Part shown: positions 49,530 through 62,613 of the stretch, one piece after another
Position numbering within the stretch: the first letter of the stretch is position 1
How the letters are laid out: each line of letters starts with the position of its first letter
NCBI GenBank assembly: GCA_951406725.2
Contig: OX597817.1
Coordinates: forward strand, 34,348,001-34,412,000
Length of the DNA stretch: 64,000 bases
Direction of reading: 5' to 3'
Source of the DNA: Octopus vulgaris
Taxonomy: Eukaryota
Made by a program: the position numbers and the translations under genes
The notes under the pieces: model-generated
Told to the model about the DNA's origin: nothing
Databases searched by the model: none
What the model saw: the letters and a program-made list of their open reading frames with translations, nothing else

Positions 49530-50319
49530 CAGCAGCACAAATGGAATAGATTCTTACAGTCACTTGATAGTATGTATATGAAGCTGAGAATAATAATCCC
49601 AGAATAGTTTTTAAAAATGTTTCGAGGGCCTTCTTTTTTTTTGATTATAGTAACTTTGATTCAAATTTTTCTGACTAATGATAACCAGCCTCGCAAATAA
49701 AAAAATAAATAAAAAACTACTTAATTTTTCTTCTATACTGAACTATAGTGTTCAAGGGAGATAACTCTTTCATTAATATTGGATGAAAATATAAACAGCC
49801 GTTGTTTTGCACGGTATGCAGCAAGATCTGATTATTTTCGTATCCATTCTTAATACGTCCAGGAATGTTGGGACGCAAAAAATACTGATCGCTGTTGTTG
49901 TGTATGCCATTGGAAAATAGCTGTATTAAATCTTTTCTGAGTTTGACACTTCCTCGAGATAATGGTAGAGGCAGATTAAACAGTCTAAACACCAAAGTTT
50001 TGTAAATATTTATTTGTTTTGGTCATTTGACTGTGGTCATGCTGGGGCACCACCTTGAAGGATTTAGTTGAAATCGATCCAAGTTTTCATATTTATTTAA
50101 TTGTTCCCGTTTGTCGAACTGCTAATTTAACGAAGGTATAGACAACCCGCTACCGGTTGTCAAACGATTGGTGGGAGCAAAGACATAGGCGCGTGCACAG
50201 GCACACGCGCGCAAATGTGTACATACATTTATATTGCCCAAACTTCATCCATCCACACAGAACTTGCTAAACTGCAGCAATATTAAAACACATTAACATG
50301 TTGTTGAAAAGTGAAGGTG

Positions 50320-51040
50320 GACTGACCAAAACCTTGTAAGTAGATCTGGTAGACAGAAACTGAAAGAAGCCTGACATATATATATATATATATATATATC
50401 TGTGTATATATTTGTGTGTCAGTGTTTGTCCCCCCAACATCGCTTGACAACCGATGCTGGTGTGTTTACATCCCCATAACTTAGCGGTTCAGCAAAAGAG
50501 TCCGATAGAATAAGTACTAGGCTTACAAAGAATAAGTCCTGGGGTCGATTTGCTCGACGGATCTTTTCGGTTTGAACGGCAATTTTTCCTAGCGGTGTCA
50601 TGTGAAATTGTCACCCACAATTATGACCCTAGTATCGATCTATTACATTTCAATCTGTTTTAGGGTCAGGGTTAGGGGTGGGGGAAGGGTATCTTTTTTC
50701 TTCAGAAATGTAAATAAACCCAATCTGTTTCTTAAACGCGGGACATATTCATACGGTACATAATGTTTTCACCTTCAATAGACGTCATTGATTGGTTGAA
50801 ATTGCAGAAATTGAAGAAAAAAAGCAACAAATATCTTACAAACCATAGAATTTTCTCAATAAAGCCAAGAGAAAAAGATATTTTATAAACACATTCTACC
50901 AGTATAAGAAGTTTAAAAGTGTTTAGTTACGTGGAAATTGTTTTTAAAAACTGCCGTTCAAACCGAAAAGATCCTGCTCGACTAAAGGCGGTGCTCCAGC
51001 ATGGCCGCAGTCAAATGACTGAAACAAGTGAGAGAGAGAG
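50320..51040 (+). mobile_element. SINE family A interrupted by a DNA-transposon MITE
   Basis: A sequence resumes after the duplicated tgctcgac. Confidence 0.8.
50559..50974. mobile_element. Non-autonomous DNA transposon, ~28-bp TIRs, 8-bp TSD (Merlin-like GG..CC ends)
   Basis: tgctcgac|ggatcttttcggtttgaacggca ... tgccgttcaaaccgaaaagatcc|tgctcgac. Confidence 0.85.
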
Positions 51041-51399
51041 TAGAACAACTATATGCAACGCATCTGCAGAAAGCACTCTCTTCCTGATGACCTCCCATAC
51101 GACCCTAAAACAGCTAGACTAACATACCTCAAAGAAGATCCAGATGTGAAACACTCAGCATCCCCCAAAAGGCCATGCATGGGTATGTTTTCCTAACACT
51201 TGAAAAAGACAGTAATATTAGTTCCAAATTTTGGCACAAGGGCAGCAACGTCGGGGGATGGGATAAGTCGATTATATCGATCCCAGTGCTTGACTGATAA
51301 TTATGTTATCGATCCTGAAAGGATGAAAGGGAAAGTCGATCCCGGCGGAATTAAAAATCAGAATGTCCAGTCAAAGAAGACAATAATAGTGATATGAAG

Positions 51400-52065
51400 C
51401 GAAACATCTCTTGGACTCGTGACCACATCACATCACACTTCGAAAGCTATGCATTTACGATACAAGTACAGGAGATTGCTAGTAAGTACCTAATAAACAA
51501 GAGACTGAAAATGTAGACTATGTCATATTTTTGTAGCAGACATTACACATATGATTAGCAGCTGCCCAAACATGTCATCAAGATACCACTTCCCTATACG
51601 GCACGACGTTGTCGCAAAAACAATATACAAGGCCATTCGGGAAAAGACTGTCCTGAAATAAATACAGAGAATCTTCCTATTATTGAATACATACACAAAT
51701 ATCAACACAGGGAATATTCGTGAACATTCTCGTCAGAACATCTGTCAAATGTAAACATAACAGGATGGATATTGTTGTTTGGGGCAAGAGAAAGTATGTA
51801 CCATCATAGTGTTTAGCAGTCCTGCTGACGGTAATGAAAACAGAGAAAGAGGCTATGTACAACTGCTTCGAAACAGCCAGCTTCTATGTCTAGATTATAA
51901 ATTCACATGTAATCCAGTAACAACTGGTGCAGTTGGCTTCGTGGTGAGTAAATGCCTGAGTGGCAATCTAAATAAATTACAGTTTTTAGAACAGAAATCA
52001 ATCAACCAACTCGCACACGACAAAAACAAGCTGTAAGTGGAACTGTAAAAATATGATTTTTCCCA
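51400..52065 (+). mobile_element. Degenerate RLE-type (R4/Dong-like) retrotransposon 3' fragment
   Basis: TIQVQEI, KCRLC..DITHMISSC (CCHC knuckle), RHDVVAK, HNRMDIVV..CTII..SPAD, DYKFTCNPVTTGAVG. Confidence 0.8.
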
Positions 52066-54114
52066 AGTTTAAAATGCGACATCGTTTTTGCTATCTACAT
52101 TCCAACGATGGGTCTTTGGATCTTTGTTAGAAACTAACTGCTTCGTCAGAGGAAGAATTTAAATAATTACAAAGAGAAGAGAACACACGCACATACATAC
52201 ATGCCTGCATGCATACATAGGTACATACATACATACATACATACAATGTATGTATGCATGTATGAAAGACGTGGAGCTATGCTGAAAAGAACAAGAGTTA
52301 TCTAATCCACAGTCCATGGTCTGAGTAAGTGATAAAAAGTGTTATTTTCATTCAAATTAGAAATGAACACCATTCCTCCATGTGATCCGGCTTGAAAAAT
52401 TGTTGAGATATTAAGATGTTTTCTTGACATGAAACCAATGGTAGCCTTAATACACAAATAAAGAAATTTTATCCAACAATGCGGTGTTGAGCACTCATTC
52501 TCGTCTTTCAACATTTACGTGTGTGTGAGAGAGAGAGAGATTCTATCTTAAATGACATGATACGAACAAACATCAAAATACGGTAAAGGCAACAAAACAC
52601 TAACAATTTTAAAAAACGTGTCGTGTTCATCTAAAATTGTCATAGTTAAGTGCAAGGGAGGTAACTAAAATGGACGTCGACTTGTTTTAGACTATTATTT
52701 GAGGGAGACAACTTTTAAAAGGATCCCATCGTCTTGAATCATATCAAGGGACACAACTATGTCAGTAGCTAAGTCTTACATTTTACACTCGGATGATATT
52801 CTAAAAATTCTTGACATAAAAAAGTCGACGAAATGAAATATTAATTTGATTTGAATGAAAGAGAATAGTTTCAGAGGGTCTGTGAAGACTATAGGCATGC
52901 AGCTCCTTCCTCTAGATCAAATGAATGAATAAACACATTAGGAGACATGTGTTCCAATAATATGTAACATTTTTTTTCCTTTTTGTTTACTAAGCCATTA
53001 ATGAAGAAAAGAACAAATTAAATATGGCTAATAAAATAGTGAACGATGTAACTAAAGTTTAAGTTGATAAGATGATATCATAAAGAGTCAAAAACGAACT
53101 ATCGTTACCACTTCACCATTGTCTCCTGAACAATTGTACGTAATTTGAAAGGATAAATTCGTATTACATAAACACGCTATAGAATTTATAGTTGATTTGC
53201 TAGCTTTTAATATTAAGCTTTAATACTAAAATCAACTGTGCAAGCTTTAACAGGCTGAGGTGGGATGTAAGACACATGCTCTATTTCAACTAGTAACAGG
53301 CCAGGCAGATGTGAAATGCAAGTTCCAATTCAAAGTGTTCTCTAAGTATTTTAATAATCCTTGTTAAATAGATATGATATATGTATGGATTACTGCAAAA
53401 TACTTGCGTATAATTGTGTGTGATGTACTCACATATAATACAAATTACAGAACAAAATAATTCATAAAAAAAAGTAATACTTTATTAAAAGATCCGTACT
53501 TTGCTTCTAACAGAGTGTAGGCCCTCATCGAAATAGTAGAGCTACACTCCCTCCTGTCTCTGTTCTAGCCTGCTTGAAGAAGAAAATGAAATGCTAATCC
53601 ATTACACCCTCCTACGAAACATTAGATGTAGATGAAGCTAAGAAAATATGATTTGAGGATATATTTTTCACTTACCAATAGAAAGTTCGTTGCTGACTAG
53701 GAAGACGTTAGAAATTATAGTTATTAACATTGGATGCTCTGTAGGCCAAAAATTATAGAATTCAAAAGTACTCGTAGAAGCAATCTTGTGAAATAGGGTT
53801 TTTTTTCTTTTTGTTTTGTTTTCTTTCTTTTTTTACCACAGGTTGTAATAAAATACTTGTTAAGTATTTCAATTATGACAGTCTGTTACCAGTGCTTAAA
53901 ATAGAAAATAGACGACCAAATCACGATATTCCTTAGTTTATAATGAAATGAAATATGTGATCATACAGGTGATGGAACTTCGATCTAAAGACTACTAAAT
54001 CTAAGTTCATCTTAATGCGAGATAATTTGCAACATTAGCCTTCTTCATAGTTGATAATGAAATGTAAACCGCAACTGATATGGCGCCCCTCAAGTAGTAA
54101 CGAGTGAATGCATA

Positions 54115-55271
54115 TACGAGATGGTATCAAAAAGTTCCCGTACTAGTTATGTTTAATAAAAAAAAAATTATTTACCTAAGTTTTAGCATCATCTCATTCG
54201 AAATAGTCCCCTTGCTCAGCAATACACCGGTCCCAGCGTTCCTGTCACTTTTGGAATCCGCCCTGGAAGTCGTTTTCCGTGAGTTGAAGACCGTCTCCGG
54301 TCCGTTCTTAATCTCGACAACGGTGTTAGAACGGCGACCTTTGAGCTGGATATTCATCTTGGAGAAGAGATGGAAGTCTGAAGGTGCTAAATCTGGCGAA
54401 CAGGGCAGGTGCGGAAGCGACCATGATGTTTTTGATAAGAAACTCACGAGTGCTCGGTGACAGAGTGCATTGTCGTCGTGAAGAATCCAGACGTTAAGAT
54501 TGCCTGCGCAGACCCATACGACAGACCAACAACATCAGCAATGTCGTTGATTGTCCTCTGATAATCCTCATGCACAAGCTGATGAAAAGTAATATTCTTT
54601 ATGTTGCATGTCTCGTTTCTCTGTTTATTCCGTTGTTCGAAAAAGAAGTTCGTTTTCTATCTTTTTGTTTTTATGTTTTCGTTTCTCATTGTGTTCAATG
54701 TATTTTTTATGTCCTGTACCCATATATGCATGTATATATATATATATATATGTAGGTATGTACATATATGTATGTATATATGTATATGTAGGTATGTACA
54801 TATATGTACGTATATATGCATATATTGATATATTATGCATATTATATATATATATTCACACACACAGATACATTTTCTTCACATTTCAGGTGGTACGCTC
54901 GTGGCCGATCTTCCAGATCGCTCATCGTCTTCCAGGGATATTTTCCCGCTTTTTAAGCGCCCGTGCCACTTGAAACATTGCGTACGACCCATAGTCACGT
55001 CTCCGTAAGCTTGCAGACCTCCCAAATTTAACACAAAATTTCACATTGGCTCTTTGTTCCAACTTCCTGTCCATGACAAAAATCGCAAACTACAACATAC
55101 ACGTGATCACAAAAACACAAATTTCACAACTTGCAAAGCAAACACAACGATGTTGCTCGGTACACTGCTTCATGAAGCTCATTGCTAGTTCTCACTGCGC
55201 TCGCAACCATGTGCTGCCATCTGTTGGCACGCTACGGAACTAGTCCGGAAAGTTTTTGAAACCACCTTGTA
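54115..55271 (-). mobile_element. Decayed mariner element (internally deleted, with a nested insertion at ~54560-54870)
   Basis: TIRs tacgagatggtatcaaaaagttcccgtactagtt / aactagtccggaaagtttttgaaaccaccttgta; minus-strand remnants MDRKLEQRANVKFC (ATG at 55074), KWHGRLKSG..LEDDERSGR, WILHDDNA, SPDLAPSDFHLF. Confidence 0.9.
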
Positions 55272-55314
55272 TATAACATATCTGCAGAAATTGATCTGCA
55301 CAAATTCTTCTAAT

Positions 55315-56531
55315 TTGTGTTTCGTTCTTTCATCCTGTTGCAGCTGGACAAGGAAGACGCATTCTTGTCTGTCTCCTATCCAAGCTTGTTTCTTCGCGTT
55401 TGCCAACACAACCTCGTTTAGGCTTAGCGGCTCTTCGTGTTTGTTTTCACTGTCCTGTTTTTGTCACCAATTTTGACCCTCCGCAAAATCTCAGAAATCG
55501 TGTCGTCTCGATTTAGTTCACCACCAGAACTGCTAGATAATTATTTTGTGGCCGGGCAGTGGGGATTTCACGTAATAATATATAAAGGGAAGATCATATA
55601 TATAAGGACAAAATTCACGACTGACTATGGGAATGCACCGAGAAACTTCCCCTCCGATGCATAAGTCCAGACAAGGTTCTTTGTGAAAGACCAGCAGTTG
55701 CTAATGCATACCAAATACGGGTCAGAAAAACAGCCAACTGATGAAGGGTCGTTCTTTGTGTTGTTTGTCTTGTATTCCATTTGTTTCTTTCGTTGTTCGC
55801 AAAAAAGTTCATATTCCATGTGCTCGTACTTCGTATTTTTTGTTGTTTACGTTTTGTGACGTCCTGTGCCCACATACGCATATGTATATACGTATACATG
55901 TATGTACATATACGTATGTATATACACATATATATATATTATTTATATGATTATATGATTGAACGCGACGCATCCTTTTCCAGGTAAGTTTTATCTTAAT
56001 AATTCTGATGCGACTCTCTATTCTTGCTATTGCTCTTTCGTTTTTCTCTCTTCCTTTCTCTTCTCCCACAATTTTATCTTTTTACTCTTTCGTTTTCTCC
56101 CTTCCTTTCTCTTATTCTTTTACCTCATCTTCTTCCACTAGTCTATCCTTTTACTCTTTGTTTTCTCTCTTCCTTTCTTTTATTCTTTTATCTCCCCTTC
56201 TCTCTCTTTTTTCCTCTCTTATCCTATCTCTCAATCTTTTCCTCTCCCCTTCACAGTTCTCTGTCTGTTACTCTCTCTCTCTCTCCCTCACTCTTCCTCC
56301 TTTGCTCACGTGGCTCCCACGTAACTATCGGCCATTTTTCTTTCTTCTCCTAACTTGTGTTTCATTCTTTTATTCTGTTACAGCTGGACAAGGAAGACGT
56401 ACTCTCGTCTGTCTCCTGTCCAAGCTTGTTTTTTAAGCGTTTGCCACCACAATCTCGTTTAGGCTTAGCAGCTCTTCGTGTTTGTTTTCACTGTCCTGTT
56501 TTTGTCACCAATTTTGACACTCCGCAAAATC
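55315..56531 (+). repeat. ~175-bp direct repeats (55315-55490, 56355-56531) in a Penelope-like non-coding repeat with an intron-like segment at 55984-56383
   Basis: Both repeats read ttgtgtttc..ctgtt.cagctggacaaggaagacg..tttaggcttagc..ccgcaaaatc; CAG|GTAAGT donor, CCTAAC branch, pyrimidine tract and CAG acceptor. Confidence 0.6.
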
Positions 56532-56934
56532 CCAAATTTTACTTAATTTGCTTTGCAAGAGCAACTGTTTTATCGAAGACGTATCTTGTGAATTGCTTGT
56601 GTAATCAGCAATTAAAGATGTGATTTTCTCAATTCTTTTTCTTGTTGTCTTATACTCTGAATTTCTTGAAATTCTTCTAAACGATATCTGGATTTACTTG
56701 TCATATATGAAGAATTACCTTGGATGCTAATTCCACTTGGATTTATTGGCATCTGATTGCTTGGTATAAGTAAACAAATTCGTTTGACACTGAATGCTTT
56801 ATAGATATCTGCTTCGATTTATTAATCCATTTTACTTCTTATTGTATGTGTGTGTGTACACATTTATCTATCTATCTATATATACATTTGTTTATATCTA
56901 GCTAGCTAGCTATTGTAATATATATATATATATT

Positions 56935-57772
56935 ACGCTAAGTTACGGGGGTGTAAACACACCAACATCGACTGTCAGGTGATGGTGTGGTGACAAACAC
57001 AGACACACACACACACACACACATATGTATATGACGGGCTTCTTTCAGTTTCCGTTTACCAAATCCACTCACAAGGCTTTGATCAGCCCGAGGCTATCTA
57101 TAGTAGAAGACACTTGCCCATGATGCCACATAGAGGGACTGAACACGGAACCATGTGGTTGGTAAGCAAGCTACTTACCACACAGCCACTCCTGCGCCTA
57201 TTGATATACTTATAGAAAATTCATACCTTTTATATATATGTGTATATCACCATGACCGACCAGGCTATCAGATGTTGCTACACATCGCTGGTCACAATGC
57301 GCTTCGCATTGTTTTAGCCTTCAAATGATGCCACCCCGCTGGCTAAGCGAGCAGGCCAACAGAAGAAAGAGTGAGAGAAAGTTGTGGCGAAAGAGTACAT
57401 TTGGTTCATCTGGGAGACTAATTTTTTAATAAGGATTTCTTGGGTTTATAAGTATATATATTTTTATATACTCTTTACTCTTTCTTTTACTTGTTTCAGT
57501 CTGGAGCACCGCCTTTAGTCGAGCAAATCGACCCCAGGACTTATTCTTTATAAGCCTAGTACTTATTCTATCGGTCTCTCTTGCCGAACCGCTAAGTTAC
57601 AGGGATGTAAACACACCAGCATCGGTTGTCAAGCGATGTTGGGGGGGGGGGGCAGACACACAACATACATACATACATATATATAATATATATATATATA
57701 AAGTTAATCCAAACAAAAAAACACAAGCGATGTTGGGGTGGGGGAAGACACACAACATACATACATACATAC

Positions 57773-57806
<34 letters not shown>

Positions 57807-58055
57807 AAGTTAATCCAAACAAAAAAACACAACAATGCAAGGACGTGGAACAAATAAAGTATTATTGGACGCTCAGGGAAGAAGGAGGGTTATATATATA
57901 TATACATATATATGACAAGCTACTTTCAGTTTCCGTCTACTCACAAGGCTTTGGTCGGCCCAAGGCTATAGTAAAAGACACTTGCCCAAGGTGCCATGCA
58001 GTGGAACCATGTGGTTCGTAAGCAAGTTACTTACCACACAGCCACTCCTATGCCT
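56935..58055 (-). mobile_element. SINE cluster: A (56935-57200), truncated C tail type 4 (57248-57399), A with internal duplication (57470-58055)
   Basis: Match to the family consensus sequences seen elsewhere in the window. Confidence 0.8.
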
Positions 58056-59879
58056 ATGTTTAGTTTAGGTAAAAAAAAATTTTATAAAATATATTTCTAT
58101 TGCCTTCTAGTACTTGGGATCCTCCTTTGGGCAATTGTAGTAAGGAAACATGTTGAAACTGCTGTTTCCTCTTATATTCAGGAATTTAATCAGCAAAACT
58201 TTACCTAATTATTTTTGTGTGATGTGTTGTCTGTGGATTCTTGCACATTGGCAGAGGATATTGTTGGCTTTGCCCACATAATTCTCTTTGCAATTTAGGT
58301 AGGCTATGAGATTCTGTGCCTTACAATTCATATTTGTGTTTCTTTGGAAGGAGAATTTAGTTTTAAATTATATATGGGAACTAGTGTTCAAATATTTGAA
58401 GTTGTTTTTGTTGTTGCTACATATTCCATGTCTTTTATCCCCATAGTACTTCAAAAAGAATTCTGAATTTTCCTTTCAAGTAAATTTTCTTTCTTTTTTT
58501 TCTGTATTATTTCTCTTTTTTCTCTCTAACTAAGCCTCCAAAAACTCACAACATACATGCATGCATACATACATACATACATACACATACATACATGCTA
58601 TGAGACAACTTCTTTGAAGAAGTCACTTTGAAGTAATTCTTTTTCAAAGGCTCCTGACAAAAGTAAATTCTTTTTTTGCATCGGCCAAAGCTATGCTTCT
58701 CATCAAGCATGTAACAAACCTGGTGAATAACAGAGTGAGTCTTTTCACTCTTGTCTTCTGTTGCGCATACAAGAGTAACAGTACCAACATTAATACTTAC
58801 ATCATCCTTCTGATCAGAGTTAGTGACTCTCAGTGCTTAAGTTGTTTGGGAAAAAAGGAGCCAAAACAGATATAATTACTTGTGTATCCCTTCTTGCCAG
58901 TGCTCGTGTAATCCCAGTTTCTTCAGGCACAAGGGTTCACAACTCTGGTACCATTTGAAGTATGTTAAATTTTATTCACAGGAGAAGAGTTGTCTTTCGA
59001 ACAAAGAAAATGGCTTGACCAGAGATTGAAGGTAACAAATCTTGGTTATGACTCAATTAGTTGCTTATATTATGTTGATAGCAGAGAAACCGGGAAATAT
59101 TTTCTGTTTGAGACAGGAATAGAAATGAAACTGTCTGCTTAAATCCATGGTAAAGTCAACCTAGTTTTGCATTACTTGAAGCTGTTAGCCACTCTCCTAT
59201 TTTACAGCATTAATTGAGAGATCAGATATATTTGGAACAACAGCCTGTATACTGTTAGGTGTTCATTACTACAGATTTACTGACTCTGATTATTAGAGTT
59301 GATTACTTATGTTGGTGGTTATTAAACACTGTCAGCTAATGACTCCACAATCGGCATTACAGCATGAGGAATCACTGCACATCACAGTACAAAATGTAAC
59401 TGTATAGCAATAAGCAATATAGCAAGGGTTGGTTATCTTATTATAACCATTCACTCAATAACACTCCAATACTCCAACACAGAATTAATAATGAGACTAT
59501 TGCTCTCACAATTCGACCTCAACTGCTTACTGGCTTGTCTGTTTATAAAACTCGTCCAGTCCACTGACATTCATTGTGGGGGTGTCAGATCACTCCACAA
59601 CATGAAGACAACTGCATTTTGGTATGGCACTCTTCCTTGTAAACAACCAAGCATCACATGTCCTGTGTGAAAGGATAGTGGAGCAATGTATATGGTTACT
59701 AACTATTTGCATACGCGAAGACTACAAGTATCAGCAAAATCTAGAAACCTTGCTTCAGATTATTTCAAAATTGTTAAGTTGGAGTTGAACATACTTCAGT
59801 CTGACATAATTTGACTGTTCAACATCAATTGGCTGCCTACCTTACATACAGTTTCCAAGAGATCACTGGGCGCCTTTAC

Positions 59880-60720
59880 AGTGACTTTCATGCTCTCAGT
59901 ACAAGTACCACTCTAGAGGGTTACCTGATACCATATTTACAAATTTTTCTTCCACCCTAAATGGTGCACAAGTCTTCCTTAAAGGCAAACCTTGTTTTCT
60001 ATATTATTGGCTTCAACAACCTTCTGGTTCCAGTAGAACTAGATAACATTCACAAGACGGCAATCACAACATTCATCATCATCTTTTAACGCCTGCTTTC
60101 CATGCTAGCATGAGTTGGACGATTTGACTGAGGTCTGGCGAACCAGATGGCTGCACCAGACTCCAATCTGATCTGGTAGAGTTTCTACAGCCGGATGCCC
60201 TTCCTAATGCCAACCACTCCAAGAGTGTAGTTGGTGCTTTTACGTGCCACTGGCACGGAGGCCAGTCAGGCGGGACTGGCAACAACCTCGCTCGAATCTT
60301 TTTACACATGCCACCGGCACAGGTGCCAGTAAGGTGACGCTGGTAATGATCATGGTGCCTTTTACGTGCCACTGGCACAGAAGCCAGTTAGCCGCTCTGA
60401 TCTAAACTAACTTGTATGCATGCCTTTTGGCCATCATAACACCACAGAAACAATTCAGATGTCAAAGGCTGACATTGCCCGAGAGTTACCTTAATCTATA
60501 CCTATTTTGATAATTTACCTGAGATGAGCTAATCTGAGTAGAAACTGGAAACCTTCGCTGATTCTTCGGTCGACTGACTAGATACAACATTGTAATCAAT
60601 CCAGCTATGTGAATGTTTGGTGCTACATCACTGATGCTTCTTGTCCAGATTGTTGACAAAAAAGGAAACCTCTCACCGGAGGAGAAGTTAAAAACCATTC
60701 AAAAATTCTTATATATCTTG
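59880..60720 (+). mobile_element. Degenerate Gypsy/Ty3 LTR-retrotransposon RT fragment, interrupted by a SINE D (60073-60400, minus)
   Basis: Remnants TTLEGYLIPYLQ..SSTLNGAQVF (DRYPIP..GA.VFS), MPFG, RLTRYNIVINPA..FG..VDKKG..EKLKTIQKF. Confidence 0.65.
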
Positions 60721-61026
60721 TGTTTGCAAGAATTAAATAAATTCATAATGCATCTGCTTCTTCATGGTTGCAAAAGTGAGTGAGTACAAAACTTCAGGAA
60801 TCTGTTGTAAATGAGTCATGACTCACCAATGTTATGCAAACAGCTCACAAAAGAAAACTGTTAATAAAGCCAATTTCATAAACTCTGCTCTTAAAGTAAC
60901 TTTTATTCATACATAAAGAAGTGTGCACATTAAAACCTTAGCTTACAAAATGTTAGTTGGTTCTCTTTGTATTAGTTTTATCTTTAAAAATGTTAGCTTG
61001 ACTGTATAATAATAATAATAATAATA

Positions 61027-62190
61027 TGAGCCTACATTTGTGGATCATGGAATGCTTAGATCTGTTTGGAATTGCAAGAAATGAAACCTGTTTTCTGGAG
61101 AGAGGTATGATGGGATGGAAAAGGGAACTGACATCCTACGGAAAAAGCTTGGACATCCTGGCACTTAGGAAAATAAACCTGGTGTATTAGCTAAAGGGAA
61201 AATTCCAAACTATCAACCACCTCCTCTTCATAGATGATTTGAAACTGTATGGCAAAGATGAGACACAAGTGAGTTCCTTGGTGAACACAGTCCACTGTTT
61301 TAGTACTGATATTAGAAATGAATTTGGACTCAAGAAGTGCAGAGTAATCTATCTAAAAAGAGGCAAAGCACAGTCCCCAGTATGGATAGAATTACCAAGT
61401 AGAGACTTGATTAAGCAAATTGAAATGGAAGGATACAAATATCTGCGCACACTAGAGTTCAATGAAATAATGGAGAAGGAAATAAAAGTGCGACTGAGGA
61501 TGGAATATTTCCAAAGACTAAGATTGGTGCTGCATTCAAAACTGACCGTATGGAATAAAATCCAAACTGTTAATACCTGGGCAATATCATCACTTTGGTA
61601 TGGAGCTGGAATTATAAAATGGCAAAAGAAAGAACTGATTGAAATGGATACAAAGACAAGAAAAATGTTAACAGTACACAGAGCCTTCCACCCTAAAAGT
61701 GACACCAACAGGCTGTACTTGTCCAAAAGAAAGGATGGGAGAGGTTTGTTCTGTTGCCAGGATTGTATCAAAACAGAGGAAAACAGCTTAGGGTGGTATG
61801 TAAAAATACTCATGCCAAGAAGGCTGGTGTCATCAAAACTGAGAATTGTGTAACTAAACAAAAATTTAAAGAGGAAAAGACCACAAAATAAGAAACAGCA
61901 TAGAAAGGTAAAAAAAAAGTGTATGGACAGTTTGCAAGAGACATAAATTCCAAGACAGATATTGAAGACCGGTGGCTGTGGATGAGGGAAAGTGATCTGA
62001 AGAAAAAGAGTATATCTACAGACAATTGCTTCAAAAACTCCGGCTTCTATATCCAGACTATGAATTCAAATTCATGCCAATAATAATTGGAGCACTGGGT
62101 TTTTTTAGTAAATACTTAAAGGAGAATCTGGATAAACTAGGATTTTCATAAAGAGAAATTGACCGGCTAATTCGTACATTACAAGTGTAA
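61027..62190 (+). mobile_element. R4/Dong-like non-LTR retrotransposon fragment (RT domain plus RLE C-terminus, internal deletion)
   Basis: INHLLFIDDLKLYGKD..FSTDI..FGLKKC..YKYL..FHPKSDTNRLYLSKRKDGRGL; VYGQFAR..WLW; LYPDYEFKFMPIIIGALG; preceded by (TAA)n at 61007-61026. Confidence 0.85.
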
Positions 62191-62214
62191 TCGGTGACCA
62201 TCATATGATTCTTA

Positions 62215-62613
62215 GGTGGTGAGCTGGCAGAATGTTAGCAGGCCGGGCGAAATGCTTAGCGGTATTTTGTTTGTCTTTCCGTTCTGAGTTCAAATTCCAC
62301 CGAGGTTGACTTTGCCTTTCATCCTTTCAGGGTCGATAAATTAAGTACCAGTTACGCACTGGGGTTGATATAATCGACTTAATCCATTTGTTTGTCCTTG
62401 TTTGTCCTCTCTGTGTTTAGCCCTTTGTGGGTAGTAAAGAAATAGGTATTTTGTCTGTCTTTCCGTTCTGAGTTCAAATTCTGCCAAGGTCAACTTTGCC
62501 TTTCATCCTTTCAGGGTCAATAAATTAAGTACTAATTGCATACCGGGGTCAATCTAATTGACTATCGCCCTCCCCCAAAATTTCAGGCCTTGTGCCTACA
62601 GTGGAAAAAAAGA
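62215..62613 (+). mobile_element. SINE family B, dimeric, long TSD
   Basis: atcatatgattcttaggtgg duplicated at both ends. Confidence 0.85.

Noticed and set aside
49717-49995. 92-aa minus ORF
   Set aside because: No recognisable domain or splice support.
55620-55655. ctgacta..gaaac as a hammerhead variant
   Set aside because: Position 8 is U, breaking the C3-G8 pair, and no stem I or III is evident.
56008-56436. Leu/Ser/Phe-rich ORFs resembling membrane proteins
   Set aside because: Translation of a polypyrimidine low-complexity tract.
59310-59602. TGTTG...CAACA-bounded segment as a solo LTR
   Set aside because: No TSD and no second copy in the window; not enough to call.
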